Shown: positions 40,317 through 52,800 of the stretch, one piece after another
Layout of the letters: every line of letters begins with the position of its first letter
Position numbering within the stretch: position 1 is the first letter of the stretch
Origin: an uncultured Steroidobacter sp.
Lineage (GTDB): Bacteria; Pseudomonadota; Gammaproteobacteria; Steroidobacterales; Steroidobacteraceae
DNA length: 64,000 nucleotides
NCBI GenBank assembly: GCA_938008435.1
Contig: CALLKK010000016.1
Span: forward strand, 11,887 to 75,886
Direction: 5' to 3'
Notes under the pieces: model-generated
Told to the model about the DNA's origin: nothing
Seen by the model: the letters and a program-made list of their open reading frames with translations, nothing else
Databases searched by the model: none
Made by a program: the position numbers and the translations under genes

Positions 40317-42572
40317 GTGTTCGAGCTGCTCTTCACTCATCCGCTCTGGGCGTATCGAACCGGCACTTTCGCGTTTGCGAATGCGTGGCCGCTTTGGATG
40401 CTCGCAGCCCTGATCGTGCTCGGCTGGGCCGTCATCGCCCTGTCGCTCATGCGCCGTCGGGCGCTCGGTTGGCGGATGTTGGTGCCGATCGGCATCTTGC
40501 AGGGCTTGTTCGTCGCGGCCCTGGCGGTGCTGCTCTGGCGGCCGGTCCTCAATGTCGAGCGGGTGCGCGATCGCGAGAACGTCTTGGCGATCGCTATCGA
40601 TGCTTCCGCGAGCATGGCTTTGCCCGACGAGGCGATGGGCGATGCGCCGCGCTCCAGATTGCAGCGTGCGGTGGCTGCGCTCGAGCAAGAAGCCTGGGAA
40701 CCGCTTGCGCGCACGTTCGAGCTGCGCCTGTTCAGCTTTGCCGATCGACTGACGCCGCTGTCATCGCTCGAAGCGGTGCCGCCGCCTGCACCGCAAACGC
40801 GCATCGGCGATGCAATCGAGGGGATCGTGCAGCATGCCGCCAGTCTGCCGCTGGCCGGCATCGTGCTCGTGACCGACGGAGCCGAGAACGGAGGCAGCTT
40901 GACGGAAGAACGCTTGGCCGAGCTCGCCTCGTACGGCGTGCCGATCCATACGGTCGGCGTCGGACCTGAAATCGTGCGCAACGACCTCGAGCTCGTGCGC
41001 GTCGATGCACCGCGGACTGCGCCCCCCGGCACCCTCGTCGGCGCGACAGTGGCGATCAAGCACGAGGGCATCGAGCAGACGCGTCTGCGCGTCTACGATC
41101 GCGATGCGCTCATCGCCACGCGCGAGATCAAGCTGGCCCCGGAAACCGACACGACGCTAGTCGAGCTCGACCTGCCCGCCGGTTCGCCAGGCACGCGCGA
41201 GCTGCGCTTCGTGCTCGACGATGCGCCCGGCGAGACCAACCTCGTCAACAATCGCCGCTTGCACGTCATCGACGTGCCGGCCGAGCGTCGCAGCATTCTC
41301 TACGTCGAAGGCGAGCCGCGTTGGGAATTCAAATTCATTCGGCGAGCGGCCACCGCCGATCGCGCGTTGCGGCTCGCGTCGCTCGTGCGTACCACGCCGA
41401 ACAAGCACTATCGACAAGGCGTGCGTTCGCCCGATGAGCTGCGCGATGGCTTTCCGGCGCGGGCCGAGGATCTGTTCGTCTACGACGCCATCATCATCGG
41501 CAGCTACGAAGCAAGCCAGTTGAGCGCCGAGCAGCATCAACTGCTCACGGAGTTCGTCGATCGGCGCGGCGGCTCGGTGCTCATGTTGGCAGGACGCTTC
41601 GGCCTGTCCGCAGGCGGTTGGCAGAACAGCCCGCTCGCACAGACGTTGCCCGTGCGGCTGCCTGACACGGCGCAGAACGCATTCGTGCAACGCGCCGCAC
41701 GCGTGGCGCTGACCTCGTACGGGGCCGAAGCGCCGATCGCGCGTCTCGCACCGGATAGCCGCCGTAACGCCGAGCGCTGGCAGTCGTTGCCGCCGCTTGC
41801 CGATTATCAGGATCTCGGCCGTTTGAAACCGGGCGCAACCGTGCTGCTCGAGGCCGTGACGCCGAAGGGACGCGCGCCGCTACTTGTCTGGCAGCGTTAC
41901 GGCCGCGGCGCCACGGCGGTGCTCGGCACAGCAAGCACGTTGCGCTGGCAGATGCATTTGCCGCCCGAAGATCAAAGCCACGAGACGTTCTGGCGTCAGT
42001 TGTTGCATGCGCTCGTGATGCAAACGCCCACGCGCATCTCGCTCGCGAGCGAGCAGCCGACCTACGATGATGAGCGACGGATCAAGCTCGAAGCGCAGCT
42101 GCGCGATGCGCGCTTCGAACCGATCAATGACGCGCAGGTCGAGCTAACGATCGCGCCGGAGCAAGGCGCGCCCTTCAGCGAGAGCATGCAGCCCTCCGGA
42201 CTCGGCGACGGTCGTTACCTCGCTACCATCGACGCGGCGACGCCCGGCGTGTATCGCGCATCCATCGTCGCGCGCCGCGACGAGGAAGAGCTGGGCCGCG
42301 CGTTCACGCATGTCGTGCGTACCGAAGGCGTGGCAGAGCGCTTCGCGACGCATCAACATCGTGCCGTGCTCGAGCGCATCGCAGCGGTGACGGGCGGACG
42401 GTATTGGCGGCTCGACGAGCTCGACGGATTGGCCGCTGCCATTCCTTATTCGAAAGCGGGCGTAGTCGAGCGCATGACGCTCGATCTGTGGAATCTGCCC
42501 GTGGTGTTCCTGATGCTGCTCGCGCTCAAGCTCGCGGAGTGGGTGCTCCGGCTCAAGTGGGGGAGGTTGTGA
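40317..42572 (+). CDS. Membrane-anchored vWA / Ig-like / GATase-like (DUF1355-type) protein
   Basis: Two N-terminal TMs; vWA MIDAS DASAS...T...TDG; Ig-like NDLEL...GETNLVNN; ILYVEGEPRWEFKF; C-terminal TM LAEWVLR. Confidence 0.8.
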   Translation: MFELLFTHPLWAYRTGTFAFANAWPLWMLAALIVLGWAVIALSLMRRRALGWRMLVPIGILQGLFVAALAVLLWRPVLNVERVRDRENVLAIAIDASASMALPDEAMGDAPRSRLQRAVAALEQEAWEPLARTFELRLFSFADRLTPLSSLEAVPPPAPQTRIGDAIEGIVQHAASLPLAGIVLVTDGAENGGSLTEERLAELASYGVPIHTVGVGPEIVRNDLELVRVDAPRTAPPGTLVGATVAIKHEGIEQTRLRVYDRDALIATREIKLAPETDTTLVELDLPAGSPGTRELRFVLDDAPGETNLVNNRRLHVIDVPAERRSILYVEGEPRWEFKFIRRAATADRALRLASLVRTTPNKHYRQGVRSPDELRDGFPARAEDLFVYDAIIIGSYEASQLSAEQHQLLTEFVDRRGGSVLMLAGRFGLSAGGWQNSPLAQTLPVRLPDTAQNAFVQRAARVALTSYGAEAPIARLAPDSRRNAERWQSLPPLADYQDLGRLKPGATVLLEAVTPKGRAPLLVWQRYGRGATAVLGTASTLRWQMHLPPEDQSHETFWRQLLHALVMQTPTRISLASEQPTYDDERRIKLEAQLRDARFEPINDAQVELTIAPEQGAPFSESMQPSGLGDGRYLATIDAATPGVYRASIVARRDEEELGRAFTHVVRTEGVAERFATHQHRAVLERIAAVTGGRYWRLDELDGLAAAIPYSKAGVVERMTLDLWNLPVVFLMLLALKLAEWVLRLKWGRL

Positions 42573-43543
42573 GCCACGCGGTTTCACGCAATCGGTACGC
42601 CACGCTGCTTCAGCGCAGCGCGCGCCGCTGTGCGATGGCCGCGCTCGTCGTCGGGCTCGGTGCGATGCAGCCGATCGCACAGGCCGCGACGTACACGTTC
42701 ATCGTCGCGGGGCTCGGCGGCGAGCCGCAGTACGAAACGCGGTTTCGCGCTCAGGCCGAGGAGCTCGCGCGCATCGCTCAGGCGCACGCCGATGCGCCCG
42801 AGCACGTCGTGACGCTCACCGGTCCCGATGCGACGCGCGAAGCGATCCGCCGTGAGCTGGCGGCGCTTGCACAACGTACGCGGCAAGACGATGTAGCGGT
42901 GATCGTGCTGATCGGTCACGGCAGCTACGACGGTGAGGAGTATCGCTTCAACATTCCGGGGCCCGACATCACCGGCAGCGAGCTGCGTGCGCTCATCGAT
43001 GCATTGCCGGCGCGCCGTCAGCTGATCGTCAACACGACGAGCGCGAGCGGCGCCGTCGCCGAGCAATGGGCGCGGCCGCAGCGCGTCGTGATCACCGCGA
43101 CCAAGAGCGGCGGGGAACGCACGGCCACGCGCTTTGCGCAGTATTGGGTGGCGGCGCTCTCGGAGCCGGCCGCGGACAGCAACAAGGACGAGCTCATCAG
43201 CGCGCGCGAGGCGTACGAGTACGCAAGCCGGCAAGTCGCCGCCGCGTTCAAGGCAGACGTCGCGCTCGCGACAGAGCATTCGCGTATCGAAGGCGCCGAG
43301 CTTGCGGCAGAGCTGCCTGTCGCGCGCTTGAGCGAGGTGGCGCTGCTCGCTGCCGATCCGGAGGTGCGGCAGCTGCTCATGCAGCGCGCGACGCTCGAAG
43401 AAGAGCTCGCCGCCGTCAAGGCCCGCAAGGACAGTCTGACGAGCGATGCGTATTACGACGAGCTCGAAGCCGTGCTCGTGAAGTTTGCGCTGCTGCAGCG
43501 GCAGATCGATGCGCGCCAAGGGCGCACGCAGGTGAGCCCATGA
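42569..43543 (+). CDS. Exported caspase/legumain-fold protein with Cys replaced by Ser
   Basis: Signal peptide; VIVLIGHGS (His-Gly); IVNTTSASG in place of DACxSG; VVITATKS; DSNKDELIS. GTGA overlap with the upstream gene. Confidence 0.65.
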   Translation: MSHAVSRNRYATLLQRSARRCAMAALVVGLGAMQPIAQAATYTFIVAGLGGEPQYETRFRAQAEELARIAQAHADAPEHVVTLTGPDATREAIRRELAALAQRTRQDDVAVIVLIGHGSYDGEEYRFNIPGPDITGSELRALIDALPARRQLIVNTTSASGAVAEQWARPQRVVITATKSGGERTATRFAQYWVAALSEPAADSNKDELISAREAYEYASRQVAAAFKADVALATEHSRIEGAELAAELPVARLSEVALLAADPEVRQLLMQRATLEEELAAVKARKDSLTSDAYYDELEAVLVKFALLQRQIDARQGRTQVSP

Positions 43544-45808
43544 GACCCGTGCTGCATTCGCTCGCCTGGCTGGCCACGCTGTTGGCGGCGGGCGCTGCGT
43601 TCGGCTTCGAGATCGATTACGACACGAGACGGCCGGCAGCGCTGGTCGAATGCGACGATGCGCTCTATCGCGGCCAGCGCGAGCGAGCCATTGCCTGCTA
43701 CACGCAGCGCCTCGCGCGCACGCCCGATCGGCACGTTCAAGCAGAAGCGGCCTGGCGCATCAACGATCTGCGCCGCGCGAACGACTTGTTCCGTGCGCTC
43801 GTCAATGTCTCGCCGCAAGCCGTCTACGAACGCGTCCGCTGGGGTTATCTCTTCCTGCAGACGCATCAGCACGCGCAAGCCGTCGAGCTGTTTCGCGAAG
43901 CGCTCGACATCGATCCGAACGATGTGTCCGCCAAGCTCGGGCTCGCACGCGTGCTGGCCGAGCGCTTCGAAGGCGGTGCGCGCGGCCTGGTGGAAGAGGT
44001 GCTGGCGCGCGATCAGGATCAGATCGGTGCGCATCTGCTCGCGGCGCGCATGTCACTCGAAGAGGGCAAGTACGACGATGCCAAGACGGCGCTCGATCGC
44101 GCAGCACGCATCGTGCGGCAGCGCAAGCTCCCGCCCCTCGAAGTCGATTCGCTCCGAGCCGCGCTCGAGCTCGTGCGCAATCGCGATCCTGAGCGCTGGC
44201 TGAAGAGCATCCGCAGCTACAACCCGCATTACGGCGGGGTCTACGAGCAGCTAGCGCACTTCGAGATCATGCGCAGGCGCTACCGAGAAGCGACGGCGTT
44301 CCTGCGTCAAGCCGTCGCCGCCGAGCCCGATCTGTGGTCCGCGCATGCCGAGCTCGGCCTGAATCTGCTGCGGCTCGGCGACATCGAGCAGGCGCGCGGG
44401 CATCTCACGACGGCGTACTCGGGCGATCCGTATAGCCCGGTAATCGTCAACTCGCTGCGCTTGCTCGATCGCATGAACGAATTCGAGCTCGCGACGACGA
44501 CGCTCGATGTGGGCGGCACACCTGTCGAGGTGCGTGCTCGCCTGCATCGGCGTGAAGCGCCGGCATTGCAGCCGTACGTCACGGAGCTCGCGCGTGCAGG
44601 CATCGAGGCCTTCTCGCGCCGCTACGATTTTCAGCTTGCCGAACCGGTCACGCTCGAGCTCTATCCCGATCATGACGATTTCGCCGTGCGCGTCGCGGCA
44701 TTGCCGGGCATCGGCTTGCTCGGCGTGACCTTCGGCTATGTCGTCGCGATGGACAGCCCTTCCGGACGGCCGCGCGGCGAGTTCCACTGGGGCAGCACGC
44801 TCTGGCACGAGCTCGCGCATGTCTTTACGCTCGAAGCGACCGACCATCGCGTGCCGCGTTGGTTGAGCGAAGGCATCTCCGTGTTCGAGGAGTGGCGCAC
44901 GGGCCCGACGCCGGGCGTGTCGATTCCGCCCGAGTTCATGTCCGCGCTCCACGAGGACAAGCTCCTGCCGATCGAGGATCTCGATTCGGGGTTCATCCGG
45001 CCGAGCTATCCGACGCAGATCCAAGTCTCGTACGTGCAAGCCGGCCTTGTGTGCTTGTTCATCGAAGAGCGCTGGGGGTTCGAGCGACTTGCGGCGCTGC
45101 TCAAGGCATTCGCGCGCGAAGTGACGACCGCCCAGGCAGTCGAGGCGGTGCTCAAGACGCCGCCGAGTGCGTTCGATCGCGAGTTCAAAGCCTACTTGCG
45201 CGCTCGCTTTGCGCGCACGCTCGACAATCTCGCGGAGTTCGAACGCGCCTATCAGAACGCGCAAGCGGCTCTAGAGCGCGAACAGTGGAGCGCGGCTGCC
45301 GAGGCCGCACGCCGCGCCGTGGCGCTTTATCCCGAGCATGTCGGTCCGGGCAGTCCGGCGCTGCTGCTTGCGCATGCGCTGGAGCGCGCGGGACAGCGTG
45401 CCGAAGCGCTCGCCGCGCTCGAGGCCTATCGCGCAGCAGGCGGTTGGGATCCCGGTGCGCTACGCGAGCTGGCCCGCTGGCTCGATGAAGTAGGACGGTC
45501 TCAGGAAGCGACCGAAGTGCTCGCAAGTCTCAACTATGTCGATCCGCTCGCGCCCGAGCTGCACGCGGAGCTCGGCGAGCGCTGGCTTGCAGCGGGCCGG
45601 GCCGAGCAGGCATTGCGCGAGTTCCGCGTGCTGCAATCGTTCTCCGACGCCGATCGCGCCGCCGCACATTTCGGCGCAGCGCGCGCGTTGCGCGCGCTCG
45701 GCGAGGCCGAGCAGAGCCGCCGCGAGCTGCTCGATGCGCTCGCCGCCGCACCCTATTTCCGACCCGCTCAAGCCCTGTTACTCCAGATGATCGAGGAGCG
45801 AACGCGCC

Positions 45809-45816
<8 letters not shown>
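43540..45816 (+). CDS. Exported TPR-repeat protein with MA-clan (gluzincin) peptidase domain
   Basis: Signal peptide; TPR-like helical repeats on both sides of WHELAHVF...WLSEGISVFEE. ATGA overlap with the upstream gene. Confidence 0.8.
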
Positions 45817-46816
<1,000 letters not shown>

Positions 46817-46824
46817 GAGCCCAC

Positions 46825-47724
46825 ATGACGACCGCCGCTCGCACGCGCCTGTTGCCGCCCGAGACGCTCGCGGGTCTCGCGAATCTCGAGCTCATCGCGC
46901 GCACGGCGGTCGAGGGTTTTCTCGTCGGCTTGCATCGCTCGCCGCACTACGGCTTCAGCCAGGAGTTCAAGGAGTATCGCGCCTATGTCGAAGGCGACGA
47001 TCCGCGTTTCGTCGACTGGAACGTGTACGCACGCACCGAGCGCACCTACGTGCGCCGCTACGAAGGCGAAACCAATACGCGACTGACCATCGTGCTCGAT
47101 GCGAGCGCGTCGATGGGCTATGGCTCGCGCGGACTCGTGAAGCTGCAGTACGCAAAGTTCCTGGCGGCCGCGCTCGCCTATCTCGCTGCGCGGCAGCACG
47201 ATCCGGTGGGCTTGATCGTCTTCGACGAGACCGTGCGTCAGTACCGGCCGCCGACCGCACGCACCGGCAGCCTCGCCGGGCTGATTCATGCGATCGATGC
47301 GATAGAGCCGGGCCGCGGCACGGATCTCGCGGGCTGCTTCGAGCGCTTTCGTGAGCACCTGCTCCGTCGCGGTCTGGTGGTCGTCATCTCGGACCTCTAT
47401 TGCGATCCGCAAGGGATGAGCCGAGCCGTGCAGCCGCTTGCGTACCGCGGTCACGACATCGTGCTCTTTCAGCTGCTCGATCCGCAGGAGCTAAAGCCCG
47501 AGTGGCGCGATGCGGTGGTGCTCGAAGATCTCGAGTCGCGTCGCACGATCAGCGTCTCGCCCGAGTATCTGGCGCAAGAGTACGGCGAGCGCATGGCCGC
47601 ACATCTTGCCTCGCTGCGTCACGCTGCCGCCAGAGCCGGTGCAGAGCAGGTGTTGATTTCGACCGACGAGCCGCTCGATCGCGCATTGCGGCGTTATCTT
47701 CTTTTCCGTCAGCGTAAAGCGTAG
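46825..47724 (+). CDS. DUF58 vWA domain protein (MoxR partner)
   Basis: G.HRS...G.SQEFKEYRAYVEGDD, VDWNVYART, LDASASM, VISDL. Confidence 0.9.
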   Translation: MTTAARTRLLPPETLAGLANLELIARTAVEGFLVGLHRSPHYGFSQEFKEYRAYVEGDDPRFVDWNVYARTERTYVRRYEGETNTRLTIVLDASASMGYGSRGLVKLQYAKFLAAALAYLAARQHDPVGLIVFDETVRQYRPPTARTGSLAGLIHAIDAIEPGRGTDLAGCFERFREHLLRRGLVVVISDLYCDPQGMSRAVQPLAYRGHDIVLFQLLDPQELKPEWRDAVVLEDLESRRTISVSPEYLAQEYGERMAAHLASLRHAAARAGAEQVLISTDEPLDRALRRYLLFRQRKA

Positions 47725-47742
47725 CCAGCGGTCCGCGCCGTC

Positions 47743-49827
47743 ATGTTCCTCGCGCCCTTCTTCTTGCTCGGCCTGATCGCGATCGGCGTGCCGCTCTGGC
47801 TGCATCGCGTCGCACGGGCCGATCCGACGCGTCATCCGTTTCCGTCGCTCATGCTGCTCGAGGAACGCGAGACGCAGCGCACCGCCAAACGCACGTTGCG
47901 CTATTGGCTGCTCCTGTTGCTGCGCGTGCTGCTCATTGCGGCGCTCGCGTTGGCGTTTGCCGGGCCGATGTGGCGCGACGAGGCAGGAAGCGCCTATTCC
48001 GCCAACACGCGGCTGCACGCGATCGTGCTGGATGCGTCGCTGTCGATGCAGCATGGCGAGCGCTGGCAGCGAGCGCTCGATGCCGTCGACTCGATCCTCC
48101 AGAGCCTGCGTGCCTCGGATAAGGTGATGCTGGTGCGCGCGGGCGGACGTAGCGCCGAGATCGTGCAGGAACCCGTGCCGGCGCGCGAAGTCGGCACGCT
48201 ACGTACGCGGCTTGCCGCGCTGGCGCCTGGTCGCGAACGCCTCGACTTCGGCGTGGCGATGAGCGCCGCGGAACAATGGCTGCGCACACCGCGCCCGCCG
48301 GTGCTGCTGCACTTCGTGTCCGACTTTCAACGAAGCGGCGCGCCGTTGCGCTTTGCCGATCTCGAGCCGCCGGCGGACACGCAAGTGCTGATGCACGACG
48401 TGCATGACGATCCTGGCGAGAATGTCTTCATCGACAAGGTCAGCCTCGGCGCCGGCGAAACGCGTTCGCTCGAAGTCGACGTCAAGAGCACGTATGCCGC
48501 CGCGCAATCGCGCGAGCTCATCGTAGCGATCGACGGGCAAGAGTTCGCGCGCCGGCGCATCGAGCTCGCTCCGGCGCAGCGCGTCGATGCGGCCGCGCGC
48601 ATCGTGCGCGGCGAGGGCGGCGGGCGTGCGATCGCAAGCGACGAGTCGGTGCCGGTTGAGCCGCAGGCAGAACCCGCGCAGCAACGGATCGTGTTCGAGG
48701 ATCTTGCGTTGACGGCCGGCACACATCGAATCGAGGTGCGGCTCGAGCCGAGCGACGGGCTGGCGGACGACGATCGCTACTATGCCGTGCTCGAGCACGC
48801 CGCGCCGCGTGCGTTGCTCCTCACGCAGGACAAGGATGCGGACGAAGCGGCGTATTTCGCAGCAGCCATCGGTGCTTTGAGTGCGCCGCGCGTGCAGGTG
48901 ACGCAGGAATCCGCGGGTCGTTTCGAGAATACGCGGCTTGGCGAGCACGCCATGGTGGTCGTGCCCGATGCATTCGCGCTGTCGAGCGCGATGGCCGCGC
49001 AACTCGATGGCTACGTCAAAGGCGGCGGTGCGCTCTTGACGACGCTCGGGACCGGCATGGAAGCCGCACAGCATCCATTGTTCGAAGACTGGCGCATCGG
49101 TAAGGCGCGTCCGCGGCTCGGACGCATCGGGCAAATCGACACGAGCCATCCGATTCTGCGCGATGCGCCCGCCTGGCATCGCGTGAGATTGTTCCGACAG
49201 CGCGATGTCGCAGTGGGTACGCACGATCGCGTGCTGATTGCCGACACGAACGGTACGCCGCTGCTCGTCGAGCGCGCGCTCGGTGCCGGCCGCATGCTGG
49301 TGCTGACGGTTCCGATCGAGCGGCAATGGAACGATCTCGCGATTCATCCCGCATTCGTGGAATTCGTGGCCGAGGCCACGCGATATCTCATCGGCGGCGA
49401 CAGCTCGCTCGCGAGCGTGACGGTCGGCGCCCCTGTGATCACCGGATTGACCGCAAGCGCAGGCGGGCAGATATTCGATCCGTCCGGTAAGCGGGTATTG
49501 GGTTTGGCCAGCACCGATGTCGAGCGGCTGATTCCGACCGAAGTCGGTTTCTATGAGATCCGCCACCCGCAGGGCGTGCGCTGGCTGGCGGTGAACACGG
49601 ATCGCCGCGAGTCCGACTTGCGGCAGCTTGCGCCGGACTATCTTGCGCGCTGGCAGGCGCTACGCCAGCGGCCGGCACGCAACGAACCGCAGGAGATCAC
49701 GGCGGTCGAAGTAGAAAAGCGACGCTCGCTCGGTCCGTACCTGCTCTGGATTGCGGCGGCGTTGCTGCTCGTGGAGTTGCTCATGGCGAACCGCTACTTG
49801 TCGGTTCGACGCGAGGTGGCACGATGA
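47743..49827 (+). CDS. BatA-domain membrane protein with vWA, Ig-like and GATase-like domains
   Basis: BatA hairpin MFLAPFFLLGL...PLWLH...FPSL...LLLLLRVL; LDASLSM, SDFQ; WNDLAIHPAF; VNTDRRESDL; C-terminal TM LVELLM. Confidence 0.85.
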   Translation: MFLAPFFLLGLIAIGVPLWLHRVARADPTRHPFPSLMLLEERETQRTAKRTLRYWLLLLLRVLLIAALALAFAGPMWRDEAGSAYSANTRLHAIVLDASLSMQHGERWQRALDAVDSILQSLRASDKVMLVRAGGRSAEIVQEPVPAREVGTLRTRLAALAPGRERLDFGVAMSAAEQWLRTPRPPVLLHFVSDFQRSGAPLRFADLEPPADTQVLMHDVHDDPGENVFIDKVSLGAGETRSLEVDVKSTYAAAQSRELIVAIDGQEFARRRIELAPAQRVDAAARIVRGEGGGRAIASDESVPVEPQAEPAQQRIVFEDLALTAGTHRIEVRLEPSDGLADDDRYYAVLEHAAPRALLLTQDKDADEAAYFAAAIGALSAPRVQVTQESAGRFENTRLGEHAMVVVPDAFALSSAMAAQLDGYVKGGGALLTTLGTGMEAAQHPLFEDWRIGKARPRLGRIGQIDTSHPILRDAPAWHRVRLFRQRDVAVGTHDRVLIADTNGTPLLVERALGAGRMLVLTVPIERQWNDLAIHPAFVEFVAEATRYLIGGDSSLASVTVGAPVITGLTASAGGQIFDPSGKRVLGLASTDVERLIPTEVGFYEIRHPQGVRWLAVNTDRRESDLRQLAPDYLARWQALRQRPARNEPQEITAVEVEKRRSLGPYLLWIAAALLLVELLMANRYLSVRREVAR

Positions 49828-52800
49828 ATGCGCTTCAGCGCCTCGATGCGTACATCGACGCCCTACGGCGGCGGCTCGCAGCGCATATATATGTGCGCGG
49901 CGCATCGTGGGCAGCGGCAGCGGTCTTCGTCATCGTCGTCGCCTTTGCGTGGTGGCTCGCCCGCAGTGCCTTTGCATCCTCGCTCGTGCTCGCTGCGCGT
50001 GTGGCGCTCATCGTTGCTGTTGCGTGTATCGCGATCCTCGGCGTGTGGCTGCCGTTGCGCGCGCTGCGTCGCGACGACGGCGCACGGCTGTTCGAGCAGC
50101 GCCTGCCGGAGCAGCGAGGCCGCCTTGCCACCTATCTCGAAATGCGTCGAGCCGGCGAAGCTTCGCCGCTGCTCGCACTGCTCGCCGAGGACAGCGAACG
50201 CATCGCACGCGCAACGCCGCCTGAGGCCGTCATACCGGCGCGCACGCTTCGAAGCTACGCTGCCGCCACGATCGTGCTGCTCGGCGCACTCGCCGCGCTG
50301 TTGGCTGTGGGGCCAGACCCCTGGCGCGTTGCGAGCCGTCACGTATTGCTCGGTGTCGAGTTGCCGCAAGAGATCGTGCCGGTGCGCACGATTTCGGTCA
50401 GTCCCGGCGATGTGACCGTTCGGCGCAATAGCGATTTGGCGCTTCGGGCCTTCGTCGCAGGATTCGATCCAGAGCAGGTCACCGTCTTCGTGCGCTTCGA
50501 AGATGCCGCGACGTGGGAACGCGCCCCCATGCAGCGCGTCGAATCGAACACTTACGCGTTCAAGCTCTACGCACTGCGCAATCCGCTGCATTACTACGTC
50601 GAGGCCGACGGCACCCGCAGCAGCGAGCATCGCGTGACCCTGGCCGATCCGCCGAAGATCGAGCGCGTGCGTCTGACGTATCACTACCCGCAATGGACGG
50701 GGTTGCCGGAGGAGACCGACGAATCCTCGCGCGACATTCGCGCGGTGGCCGGCACGAAGGTAACGATCGAAATCGAAAGCGACGCACCGCTCGAAGAGCC
50801 GGTCATCGTGAGCGATGCCGGCACGCACGCGCTCGGTGCGCGCGAGGGCCGTAACGTCGGCACGCTCGCGGTCGAGAAACCCGGCCGGTATCACATCGCC
50901 GCCACCGTCGGCGGCGAACGCGTCGCGCTCACCGACGACTACGCGATCGAAATCGTGCCGGACCAGAAACCGGTCGTGCAGATCGAGCGCCCTGGTCGCG
51001 ACTGGCGCGCGACCAATATCGAAGAAGTGCCGGTGCGAGTGCGGGCGCACGATGACTTCCGTCTGCAAAGCGTCGAGCTGCATTACTCGATCAACGGCGG
51101 CGAGTGGCGCACCTTGCCGCTCGATGGCCGTGTCAAGGAGACCCGCAAGCAAACGCTGCTCGATCTCGAACGGCTCGGTGCGGAGCAGAACAAGGGCGAA
51201 TCGTCGCTGCTCGCACCCGGTGACCTCGTCACTTATTACGCGGTAGCGCGCGATCACAAACACACCGTGCGCACCGATCTGTTCATGGTTCAGGTGCAGC
51301 CGTTCGAGCGCAAGTTCATGCAGCAGAACGCCGGCGGCGGTGGCGGCGGCATGGCCGACGAGCAGGGCGCGATCTCGGAACGTCAACGCGAGATTCTGCT
51401 TGCGACCTGGAATCTGCAACGCTCGCAAGCGACCGATCGCCGGGCGCGCGAACAGCTCGAGGACAACGCACGCATGCTGGCCGAGATGCAGACCACGCTT
51501 GCGCAGCAGGCACGCACGCTGGCGATGCGCACGCGTGCCCGCGCGCCGGTCGAAAGCGACGAGCGCGTGCGGAATTTCGTGGAAAGCTTGGAGCGCGCGG
51601 CGCAGGCGATGGATCCCGCCGCCATGCATCTTGCTGCCTTTGCGCTGGAAAAGGCGGTGCCGGTCGAGCAGCAGGCGCTGCAGCAGTTGTTGCGCGCCGA
51701 AGCGGCGTTCCGCGAAGTGCAGATTTCGATGCAACGCGAAGGCGGCGGACGAGGTGCACAAGCGGCGCGTGATTTCGGCGAGATGTTCGAGCTCGAGATG
51801 GATCTCGAAAAGAGCCAGTACGAGAGCGAATCGCAGCTCGCCGAGAACCAGACGAGCAAGGAGATGGAGGAGGCGCTGCGCAAGCTCAAGGCGCTTGCCG
51901 AGCGTCAGGAGCAACTCGCGCAGGAAGCGCGCCGCAACCCGCAGCTGACGCCGGAGCAGCGCTGGCGGCAAGAACAGTTGCGTCGCGAAGCGGAAGACTT
52001 GCGACGCCGCTTGGCAGCGTTGCAGCGAGAGGAACAGTCGCGTGCCGACGAATCGCAGCAGGTGGACGATCGCAGCGGCGCGCAAGGCGGAGCACAGGGT
52101 TCGCGCGCGCAATCAGGCTCGCAACGAGAGGATGCACGCGGCCGTCCACGTAGCGCGCTCGACTCCGTCGACGAAGCATTGGCGCGCATGCAAGCGGCGA
52201 GCACCGCGCAAGAGACAACGGGCGACGAGCCGGGGAGCTCCGCACAGGCGGCAGCGAGCAAGCTGCGCGAAGCGTTGCAACGGCTCGATCGGCCGCAGCC
52301 ATCCGCGTTGCAAGAGACGCTCGAGCAGCTCGCCGGGCGTGCCAGCGAGCTTGCAGACGAGCAACGCAGCATCGAGGCGGATCTCTACAACGCGCTCAAT
52401 ACGGCGTTCGGCGACAGCAATCAGCCGCGCGTGTTGCGGGGCCGTCGCCCGCTCGATCCAGAACGCACGCAGGACTTGGTTGACCGCAAGCAGGCATTGG
52501 CCGAAAGGCTGAGCGAGTTGCAGCGCGAGCTGCGCGAGAGCGTGCATCGACATCGCGATGCCAGTGCGGATGCCAAGCGCGAGCTCGCGCGCATCGTCAA
52601 CGATGTCGAGTCGTCCGATCTTATGTATCGCATGCGCCGCAGCGCCGCGGAGATTTATTACGGACGCGTCCGCGATGCGGCGGCACGCGAAGGCATCATC
52701 ACCGAGTCGCTCGAGCTGCTGGAGAAGGAGCTGCGGCAAGCGGCCGTGCGCGCAGCACAGGACGGCACGCAGTCGCCGCGCGATGCGGTCGATGCCGAGC

